From contig JBITNC010000001.1 in assembly GCA_050084985.1 (NCBI GenBank), positions 107,942,001 through 108,006,000 on the forward strand: DNA of 64,000 nucleotides. Reading direction: 5' to 3'. Source of the stretch: Nageia nagi. Lineage: Eukaryota > Plantae > Pinophyta. This document shows, piece after piece, positions 13,701 through 25,700 of this stretch. Each line of letters starts with the position of its first letter. Position 1 is the stretch's first letter. Position numbers and translations under genes: made by a program. The notes under the pieces were generated by a model, which searched no databases, had not been told where the DNA came from, and was given only the letters and a program-made list of their open reading frames with translations.

Positions 13701-16700
13701 TCAGACTAATATTAAAAAAAAAAGAGCAAATTGATAATTTTGTAATTAGAACCACAGCTTTAACAGGCACTATCAAATCTTAGGAAATCATCAAAGGTCT
13801 AAGTAAACCTCGATTAAATAACTACAACAGTCAGTTCCTCGGACAAAAATACTAAAAAGGCAACAGAAGAACGGTTGGGTAGAAGCCATGGATAAATGAT
13901 GTAGAGCTTCCAAGAAAGAAGAGAAATGTTGCAAATGAGCTTTTGGACCCAAGTGTAAAGCTATAGGATAGGACCAACTAATAAATGTTAAGGCAAGATT
14001 GGCAGAGGGATAACATCCTAAAAGAAAGGAAGTAGATAGTGAAGGTAAATTACTCTATATGGTAATATTTATAGATAATTAAAATGTATCCTCCACTTTA
14101 TTTTACATGTTTTTATGCAAGGAGTGCCTGTCGTGTGTATCATTTGCACTATCAATGAGGACTTCATGCTGAAGGCACCATCACACCAGTCAGGCAGAAT
14201 TGATCCACCTGTATCCACACCTAATTTTTCTATTTAAAATAGCCTTTGAACTCATACAGTCAACTTTAAGGTAATGTTTGCTTTGCTAGGGATATACTGC
14301 TGAAAAGTGGCATGAGACATTACAGACAGTTCACACCCACAAGGGCAACTAATATGGGTCTATGTTGCCAGTAGTAGTTGCAATCTGTAAAGAGTATTCA
14401 TATACTAGCTAAAGAATTTGCAGACTGGAAGAAATACACAAAACAAACATTGCATGCTTGCATGTCCTGCATTCTCATAGAAGATGTCAGTTTCCCAATT
14501 TCCATCCTATGCTACAAATTAAATATAATTAACAAGAACACACCTCTGTCTCAACGATGATAAATAGCGGTCAAGGCACTCCTGGTGGACAGCATGACCA
14601 CAAGAAGAGACATGGATACCATCACAATCATTTGGTCCAAATCCATCAAATGTTGTTCCAGGTAAGCTTGCCACTGATGATTCCCTACTGCCGACTTCAG
14701 ACTGATTTTCAGGATCCTTTTGTTGTTTAGACATTACTTTACAAATAGCTGCAATGTACTCTTTAAGGACAACTGTTACTGCATCATCACTACCAGATGC
14801 CATTTCTTTTCTAACTGCTGCTGCTGACTCGCATAAACCAACATATAGATGTGATACTGAATCTTTTCCATTGTCATTATCATCTTCAATGGAAGAATCA
14901 TCCTCCCCAACATCTTCAGAAACTAACAAGTTTGTGTCTGAGTCTCCAGATACATCAGTATTTCTAGCAATCGATGGAAACTGAGTCCTAAGAATGTCGA
15001 GTAGGCCTTCAACCAAATGCCCATCACCGTTCACACCATCAAGAACATGTTGAATCAAATGGCCCAAATCCTCTGGGGACACAGCTTCTCTGATTCCCGA
15101 GTCAGGTACACTTACAGAAATATTTCCTCTGTCATTATTAACTAAATCATCTCCATTAAAATGAGGCCTATCCCATGATGGAGTACCCTTCTCAGCAAAA
15201 GAGAGAAAACGAGATTTCTGATTTCAAAATCAAAAGTGAAAACACAAGAAAGTTAAATTTACACGAACTGAACAAAGATGGAACTTCAACACCGCAAAAA
15301 AGCTTAAACACAATTCAGAAAAAAGATTAACCTGCACTAAAGTTAAGAAAGCTGTAGGGCTTTTACACCCCAACTCTCTACACAATGAGCAAACCACTGA
15401 ACTTGTTCCTTCTGAGGCTTCTTCTTCTTCCCCAAAAGACTTTCCTTGTTTGAGTTCTGCTGGAGAATTTGGCTCTGAGCCAAGGCTTGCAGCAAATTTT
15501 GCCTGTGCTGCTTTCATCTTTGCCTGCATAAAACCAGTTTATGTAAATTAAATTTTCCATAGGGTAAGGCTCCCAATTGTTCGTGATCTTGATAATTCAA
15601 AAGCTATAAAAGAAGGATATGTAAATAAAAATTTTCCATAGGGTAAGGCTCCCAATTGCTCGTGATCTTGATAATTCAAAAGCTATAAAAGAAGGATACC
15701 ACTTTGGTCTGCTGATAGATATTTGATACTAATAGTAATAGCATCTTAAGTATACAAAGCAGGCACTCATAGAATTTTGCAGCTGAATTTAATCAACATC
15801 TTGCATTTACAGCTGAATTTTTTAAATTTCTAATATTGAGTTATTAAGAAAGTCCAACCTTTTGTTAATTTAAACTATTAATTAACATAAACAACAAGCT
15901 TATGGTCTTAAAATTGCTGTATGAAACAGCCACATCTTATTTGTCTTCAACATATTTACAGCTTATACTACACTAATACTGTACACAAAAATAATAGAAT
16001 ACTGAAAACCAGATATCTTTGCTCACCGGAGGAAAAGATAATTCCTGGAATAAATAAATTAATCCAGACATTTCAAAAAGACACAACTGTAAATAACAAA
16101 AAGAAAATCAAGAACCACAAGAAAGTTAAACGTAAAAGCTCATAAAGCAAGTTATGAACTTAATATTCCGGTAAATATAGTTGATGAATAGGAGTCTTGA
16201 ACATAATTATTCTCAACATGAACCTCTCAATAGAACAATAGGTGTGTGCATTCTGTCACCCTACCTTGATCAAGGTTCATTTGGAATCGACGAAATGAAT
16301 GAGGAGCTAATATGGAGAAGCAGAAACCTTGGAGAGAGCTGTTCTCTCAAGAGGAAAAAGCAGATCTAGGTCCTCCACTACGGGCTATGATGATGAATGG
16401 AAAATTGAAATAGAAGATCTCAGACCAGACTACGGCAAGAGGAAGATTGAATTTGATTGGCAAGGTCCAAGGAGCACGACCGAATATTGACGATATCAGA
16501 AAATGGGCAAAATTCAAATGGAAGCTCAGGGGGAGTTTGGATATTATTGCATTACCCAATGACTATACGCTTTTTGTCTTTAGTAATGAAAAAGATAGCA
16601 ATGATATTCTAAGTTCGGCTTGGTTCATAGACACTCGAGGACTGTTCTTGGAGCAATGGAGACCTAGTTTCGACCCTCTACAGGCACAAATTATGAAAGC

Positions 16701-19700
16701 ACCCATTTGGGTGACTGCCCAACCTCCTGTTTGACCTGTGGCATCAAAAGGTATTCGAAGGGATTGGGAACTCCTTTGGAAGATTCGTTACTGCTAATGA
16801 TGTTACAAAAGCCCAGTCCAGGATGGTAACTGCACGGTTTTGTGTTGTGATCGAATTTGAAATTAAACTCTCAAGCTCAATTACCTTGAAAGTAGAAACT
16901 AAAGATGTGAAGCAAGAGCTACGGTATGAAACAAATAATTGTCTTTGTTCTTTATGCAATCAGGTCAATCATGTTTTGAGGTCGTACCCGAAGAAAGTAC
17001 TACAAGATAAAAAAGAATGGAAACTTAAGCCGATGCAGGAGGAACCCAGTTCGAAGGAAGCAGAGGAAAGCGAAATCAATAAAAACAATCATCAAGAAGA
17101 GGCGGCAAGTGAAGCAGCAGAAAAAGATGAAAATGAAGTGGATAGTTCACCAGTTATTAACCTAATGGCCATTGGCGAAGGTCACACTGAGCAACAATCC
17201 AAGGAAGAATGGCAGCAGGTGAACGGAAAAGGAAAGGGACAAAAAAGCTCACCGAACTCAAATGGCACAATAATGAAAAAAACCCAATTTGATCGACGAA
17301 TTATGACTAGGAGTTCATCAAAAGAACGACCTTCGCTGGGAGAAGTAAGAAGAAAAGAAACTGGAAAAGATATTGCAGATGGCAAGCATGGAACACGAGA
17401 CACCATCGGGGATAGAGCACCCTCCAGAAAGGGTGCCCAACTATAATTCTTTCCTGGAATGTGAAGGGGTTAAGCGCCTCTTCAGAAAGCAGGCTTTTGC
17501 AGGAGATTTGCAGGAAGTAGAAGCTTGATTTAGTTTTCCTGCAAGAACAAAAGTTAAGGAAGGAAAGAATAAAATGGTAAAACGTAGGATCTAGGCGCAG
17601 GCAGAGATGGCATATGTAGCACAATATTATGTAATTTAGGATCAGCCAATGAGAGGATGATGTGACCAAAAAGCAGAAAGTAAGGATCGTTGTCTGTAGT
17701 GTAGCAACTATGGTGACTCTTAGAAGATAGTTTTTGGAACACATGTAATACTGTTGAATATCTATAAAAAATTTGTATATATAGGTTTAGGGCCTTGTCT
17801 TTTAGAAAACCCACCAAAAAAAATTTTAGACTTATTGAAAAAAAAGCAAGTTATGAACTTATGACAATGATTTACTTTTCAAAAACTCCAAAGAAACCAA
17901 TTTTTAACAAATGAGAATAAAATGATACATACCATAACTGCAGCCTGTCGTTCCCGAGCTAATGCCCTTTTCCTTTCAGCATCAGAAAGATTGGTTGGCA
18001 CCTCTTCACTGTTCATAAAAAGCCGGTGCATAATACTTGGACTAAGCTTTTCAATTTCACGCATACATCCATGATCGAGTTTAGCAAATTTCTCTAAGAG
18101 ATTACGTATCAACCCTGCTATATTACATTGACTGGAATCAGTAGAAATGCCTTGCTCAGTCCCACTCTCATACTTTTGCATTAACAGTAGCAACAATGAA
18201 AGCAAACTTTGATGATTTGACACCTCTGGTCTGTCAGTGCTACCAACATCAATGGCTTCATTTGCGTAAGCCAAAATTGGAGGTGAATCTTGTTCATCGT
18301 GAGAATTTGTAGAGTCTATCAACATGGCTTCATTATCTCCTGACGGTGAATTATTCCTACTTCCATGCACTGCTATCTCTCTATTTTTCAAGCGAATTTT
18401 TTGGTCTGCGATTGAAGAGCAGATGTCAAGCCCCAAAGCAAGCAAATGTAATGCTGTAAACAACACTCCATCAGGAGCACGTGAATCTGAAGATCTATCT
18501 GAAAAAGCGGCATAGAAAACCACAGAACGGATAATTCGAAGAACTACTTTTGAAGTAGCTATCTGCCAGATATTTTCGAAAGGGTAGAAAGGCTTCCTCC
18601 AACTAGGCAGCTGCATAACCACAGCAGATGCTTTGCAAAAGCGAGAATACCGCTCCTCTGCTATCTGTAATTCCCTTGAGTTCCAACGAGTATGGTAGAG
18701 ATCAAGCTCTCTCCAGAAATCTTTGCGCAAAGAATACTTGCCCTGTAATTCAACCAAGAATTGAAGTTTTGAACATGAAGAAACTGAAATATCTTTTTAA
18801 ATACATAAAACGGTAAAGCAAAATCCACTGTTCATATAATCTTCGAAAGTTTCATAGGGTTTATCATCAAAAAAAATATGTATTAAGTAAAATGTTTCAA
18901 AATGCAGGAAAGCATACAATCTCGCATAATTATGTTTTGATTTCAAATGTTTATATACCCTTGCCATCTGCGTCAGTGATAATTTGATATTAATGTACAA
19001 ACTTCTGCAAACAATCATATACCAATATTTCTTTCTATTAGCCTGACTCCTAAAAGAAAGAAGACATGATAAAAAGTCACCAAGGTAGAAAATGAACAGC
19101 ATTGAACCATAAATATAGAGTAAAATATGATTGTGTCAATCTAAAAATCAAATTTGCATTCAAGATGGAACAATGTTTTACACGCAAACATGCACAAAAT
19201 GTCATAATTCCAAACGGCACAAACCCAATTACAAAATAATGTGAATGATCTATTATCTCTATCTTCTCAGTCTACTCCATCCTTAATTACCCAAGGCATA
19301 TGGATGTATAATGTAAAAGTTGTATACCCAAATGTGCGTGGAACACATAACATCAACTTGTGACCTTACTAAGCAGACAGATGTAGAAAACCACCTAACA
19401 TCTATATTTGCTAATAGTATGTTTCATAAAAACGAAGGCCTGCATATCAAGGAACATTAAGCTCAAAAAAGTAGCATCATTTCACAGGATAGCCTTCGAC
19501 TTTAGTTAATACCTTAATCACAATAATTGTTTCTATTACAACGAGGATGCATATGCGAGTCAAGATGGTTCTTAATAGACAAACATTTAGAAATCAATAC
19601 ACACCTGTTGCATACCAGATGGATGAGAATATTTTGCTACGGTATCTAAAATTTCCTGAAGATCCTTGTTATCTGAAAGACGAGGAGGTAAAGCTTTAAG

Positions 19701-22700
19701 AAGCTGACTACGAGTTGCATCACCAACAGATAACTTGCGAATCAACTCTCTTTTTAATGACTCTGTTCCAGACAACCCACAAAATCCACGTTCCGACACA
19801 ATGCGAATTATCAAAGCTAGCATTTCGTGCATCAATGTTGGTTCATATCTGCACGCAAAAAAAGGTATTAAGTAGACTACCACAATGAAGTACATCCAAT
19901 TTCATATGCAACGTAACCCTCTTGAAAACCCTAGATTTAGAAATATTATCAGAACAAATTCAAACGAACATTGAATGAAAGTGCATCTCCATTCCTAATA
20001 AAAAATCACAAAAAAGGCAGTGCACAAATACACATTCCTAGATATTCGGCACAAGAAGACGGTGCCCAATATCAAGTTTTCTAAATCACATTCCTTGAGC
20101 CTATTTGCTATTTTGCCAGGGTAGGCATAAGCTTCCTTATAAGTCTTTGTACCTGAAGGCACATAATCCAGAAATGCTAAACTTTATGAGCGGTAACCTC
20201 ACAAAAGATGCACACATACCAACAAAGTAAGATCATGTTGGAAGTCACTTTCTTAGAATGGGTAAGGGAGTTCAAGGATGGAAAGACAAATTTGCATCAA
20301 AACAATGTTTCAGATAAATAATAGATTATATCAAATCCCTTAAAAGGTATAAATCTGTAGTATACAGAAAATCTTGTGACAGTAAAATAATAAGAAAAAT
20401 GCATACTCATTTGGCCGAATAAGATGAAGAGAAAGATAATCAGACAAGCCAAATCGCTCAAGAATTCTGTGAACAAACGGTTCTGGTGGAGCCATTGCAG
20501 CACAACATTGTAAGAGGAATAAATCAAGCTCTAAGGTATCCTCACACCTGCATATAAATTGACTTGACATCAAAAATATAATGAAATTTTTGTAAACATA
20601 GATTACCAGCAATGCCTAAAGCTTCATACTTTTCTCTCTCTACTATCTTCTACGTTTTGAAACATTCAACATAAGATATTCAAAGAACAAGTAAATTTGA
20701 GACACTTACCATCGAACCGAATGGTAATATTCACATAGAGAGAAAGTCGAGTGACCATTATGCCGCCACATGCCTGCACGAACCTGTGCACAAAATACCT
20801 TCAACCGCAATAGGTGTTCCATTACAAATGCAGAAAAGCTGTATGGGTGGAAGTTCCCCAATAGCTGTTTGAAAAATTCATGACAGCCTTCTGCCAAAGA
20901 CATGCTCAAATTGTCTCTTTTCATTTCTGGACGCTCATATTCAGATGTGTACATTTCCATTGCTTTATGCAAAGATAAAGAGAGCAATCTATGCAAAGGA
21001 ATATGAAATGACACATCTTGCCGACTAACATCATAAATAATTGTCGGCCATTCTTGAAATCTAAAAATACTTAATCTGTCTATTTCTGATTCGACTCCCA
21101 ACTGTCCTAGAAAGTCCTCGTTACCCAACAAATCCACATCCATCTCACTAACAGTGTTATTATCATTTTCAGTTGACATTGTCATTCCAGTTCTATTGTT
21201 CTCAGCTTCAGTTTCAGCATGTGATGCAATTCGACGTCCACGACGCAGAAGCTCTCTGAAAATTCCTACCCTATTGCTACTTGTATCGGTATCTAGTTTT
21301 GAAAAAGACTGGTTTGAATTTGATGAATGCATATCCCTTATTGAACCTCTTCCACCCCTACCTCTTAATTGCACTAGCTTCCTTGACAAATTCTCCATCG
21401 TTAAAGGATGTGACTTCCTCAGATCCTTTGCTGTATCTCTCCTCAACCAGCTGTCTAGAACTTTTATGCATTCAGTAATAAGCCAACTTAATGCAGCAGG
21501 TACTGGAGGAATATTTGAGTTAGTATCCTTGTTGCCTGATTCCATGAAAATTGGCAGGGAACTACTGGTAGATACAGGGTAAACATCACTTATTTCAAAA
21601 TCAGATCCAGTGCTTCTTCCTACCATTCTAACGATGGAACTTTCCTCAGATAACCGACCAATTTTTGCATGCCTGATTACATCCCCATCATCATCAGAAT
21701 CATCTTGTTCTGACATCAGAGATTTATTTTCAATCCATTTAATATCATTTATTGAAGCTGCACCACTTACAAATAGAGGGTTTATCTGCGCCATTTGAAA
21801 TTCTAACAAACATGACGGAAGCCAATGTTCATTTTCCTCTTCGACATGAATGCTTGTTATTCTCCTTTGTGGATCCATCCCTTGCATAAATACCAACAAT
21901 TGGATCCATCCCTTTGAAAGATCAGGCCGTTCACGAGCAACATATTTTGCCACTTCCAAGTGGCTCATAACATAACGTATGTCCTCTACCAATCTCATGT
22001 AAAGCTGATTTGTAATTGGCCCTTTACTTGACTGCTAGAAGCAACACTGTCGTATTAGTAATAGATGATTCCAGCCAAATAAGAGAAGCCTAATTTTCTG
22101 GAAAATCTAATGTTATTACCACACAAAACAACTAGGAAGGAAATCTAATGTTATTACCATAGAGTTTTTGACATTCGCCATCATATTTATTGCAAAAAGA
22201 ATGAATCCAATAAGAAGCCATCTCAAACATTTGCCATAAACTATCCCAGCCATGACTTAAGACTATAAAATAATAGTTAGTTGTATAAATAAGACAAAAA
22301 CATAGAGCCTCCTAAAGTTAGTGACAGTGACTGAGGATCTTGAGGCTTTCCATGTATGTATCTAGTATAGATAGTATAAATAGGTCAATTACATGCTTTG
22401 CAACAGCTTTTTCAGAGTATAAAATGTCCAAGTTGGTACCATTATATGAGGCAACGTTCCAGGTAAAAGGCTACATAAAGTTCCTGGCTGGTTCATGAAA
22501 ATTACTTTTTAACACTAAAAAATGGAAAAATGAATGTCAACCATCCCAAAATGTTTTTCAACTTTCCATGCTCCATTGTTAAGATGGTTTTCCACAGATG
22601 CAAAAATAAACCAAAAATTAGAACAAAGCACAAAACAAAATTAGAAAAAAACTAATAAAGAAAGCCAACAAAAGCTTAATGAAAAATTGAGCCTTGAAGT

Positions 22701-25700
22701 AACAATTATCATTAAATGGATTGTAAAATATTATGACCGTGCCATTAGATACCACGAAAATTATACTGGTGAGTTCTAAGATTGGGAGAAACAAAGATAC
22801 CACGAGCATTATACTGGTGAGTTCTAAGATTGGGAGAAACAAAGATACCACGAGCATTATACTGGTGAGTTCTAAGATTGGGAGAAACAAACTACTTATT
22901 ATGCATCATATGTGTCAAAACTGATTACATATACCAAAACAGGCAATGTATTGCTGAGAATTATCTGTGCCAAATAATATGACATTTCCCTGGCACAATG
23001 CTAAGCTATATGCAACTGAAGCAGGGCATCACCATTGAAAGCTTAATATACTTAATTTCAAAGGGTGCAATTAAGAACTATTAACACAGAACATGTCTGA
23101 ACAAGATGGCAGGAAGAAGAGTATAAATAAAATCAAAATAAAACGTTGAAAATCACATTACCAGAAGCCGTCCATCTTCTCGGCATTGGATGAATAGCTG
23201 TCTCAGGTTTCCAAGTAAAACATCTAGAAGATTTAATTCAGTTACAAGACGAGGTGTTAGAGTTGGCACAGTGAAAATCTGCACAGAAAAATTGCCCAGG
23301 ACAGGATAATCACTATGTTTTGCACTTGAATTTGTCCCATCAATGCCCTCCTGTATTGCCTCGGATATAAGTGTTGGATAATGCCTAATAAAAGCCTTTG
23401 CAAATTCGTACTTGAAATTAGGTTCTCCCAATAACTTGAAAAGCAACTCATGAAGCACTGTCACCACTTTCTTATACAAAAATTGTTCTGATCTCAACAT
23501 GATATCCAGCAAGCCAGGCGAAGAACGAACCATTGTTGCGGTAAAATTCAACAGACTCTCACTTGATTTACAAAAACTAAGAAGCATCTCCACAATTGTG
23601 ATTGTTGTCATGTAGGCAACCTTTTCCTGCCATGTTTGTGATTCCCACGTCTTGGGCTTCCCTTCAGACCCTGTTTGTGCAGCTAGTAAACGCTCTTTCC
23701 ATTCAATTAGAACAGCACTCAAAACAGGCTCCGCAGATCTCACATAATTCGGAGGTAGAGGCTGCACCTGACCTGGGCCCCTATGCTTGGAGCAAAACCC
23801 TTCAATTTTCCATGCCGTTTCATCTCCACAATCACAACAGCCACCACCTGTATGAATCATGGAGTAATCGTGGTTGACATGGTTACCAGCCTTGAAACAA
23901 GGGACACAAATAGCACAGGTGGGATCATGCTCACATGTTCGGCACCTGTACGCAATGTCATTGTTACCCCAGACTGCACCACAAACACCTTGACCTGCAT
24001 TCTGTTTTCCTAGTTCCTCAATGACTGCCTGTGGATCCTCCTCAAACGTTAACCACTTTATCCAATTCGTGCTTCCACGACAGAAATTTTTAATGTTATG
24101 GTAAATTGTTCGTTCTGGTGTCTCTGCAGGTTTAGAGGATGACAAAATTTTTTTGATTTCTTCTCTACCAGGTAAAATACATGATATGATTGCCTGCAGC
24201 TCTGACCTATTGTTTTTCACATAGGCCACCAATCCAGACTGCCTCTGCTCCACAACTTCCTTAGGTACACCACAATTGATAAGCTTCTGCCCATTTACAT
24301 GTAACATGTGAGTAAGTCAGTCAAGAATCATTATAAATACATATTATACCTCTTTTGCTAATTAGAGATCGAAAAAAAGCCATCTCAAAGCTAGATAATA
24401 AAACTTGGAACTCCACATTCATGAACCAAAAACATAGCAAATCAGTTCAAAGCAGTTGGTTGAATATTGCAAATGTAACAGATTGAATTGATGCGGTGGC
24501 CTTGTACAGGAAGATAGGTTGATAGATTCCATCTTATTTAGTTCAAATTCGCATGGTGTTCTAAGACACCTTTATATAGCTTTATGAAGCAAAACTTCAT
24601 ATCTTTCAAGTACCTCAAGGTCAATATTAGCAAACATTATCCTTCTATGCTACAATATATTTGCCCCTAAATTAATTTTTCTTTCTAAGTTTTTTTCTGG
24701 AATAAGTTGATTTAAGGTTCTGTAATCACAATTTACAATCTTACCACTTGATCATCGTTAGAATAAGCTTACAAGAATTACATAAATGAGTCTACAAGTT
24801 TTAACAAAAGCTACAGAATCCCAAAAACGATTTTAGCTTGGATGGTTACTCATATGCTCCACATAAAATGTTCCCAATGCCATTATGCAGGCAAAAGCAG
24901 GAGAGGGAAGGCGAACAGTTCCTTATCATATATTCCTAGCAGTTTTCTAACATTTGCATTTTACTTTTTCATATCCTTTTTCATAGAAATATACCTCAAA
25001 ATTCCAATTCCAAATACCCCAATTCAGACACTTCTTCTAAACATTCTATAATCTCATCTTTGTCTATGCCTAGTGCTTATTGAAATTAAGAACAGTTCAA
25101 TTTACTCAAATAGTATTTGGAGTTAATGCGACAATTAGCCATCTTCACTTTTAACTTCACAATGTTGTTGTTAATTGACTATAGAATAAAAGCATGTTCT
25201 TGTAGATGTGAGTTTTTTTTTCTTCTAAAGAGATATATTTTGGAAAATTTGGAAAATGTTGCATGCATGTGGCCCTATGCTAACTTTGCAATTACCTCTA
25301 AACAAATAAATATCTTCGATGTTAGGAAGCTTCGTTTTTGGAGGGAAATCCTTTCTTTTTGGCACACAACCTCTAAATTTGTGGTTTAGTTACAAGTGCC
25401 ACATGGCCAGAAAAGTGACATAGGTTCTGCTCATTTACAGCCCCCCTTCAAAGCTCTGCTCAAAATTGGCTCCCTAAAAAACGCTCTTCTCCACTTGTCC
25501 TCAAAAATGTCTAAATCTAGCGATTTCTTCTTCACGGAAATGGCATGTACAGTAGAATGAAGGACGGAAGCAAACCACATGAGAACACACACTAATTCAA
25601 ACAGATCCTTACAAGTGCCACATGGCCAGAAAAGTGACATAGGTTCTGCTCATTTCCAAGCCCCCCTTCAAGGCTCTGCTCAAAATTGGCTCCCTAAAAA

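Noticed and set aside
14120-14215. Possible cryptic exon in intron 8
   Set aside because: An acceptor-like CAG|GT is present but no credible GT donor; exons 8 and 9 already join in phase.
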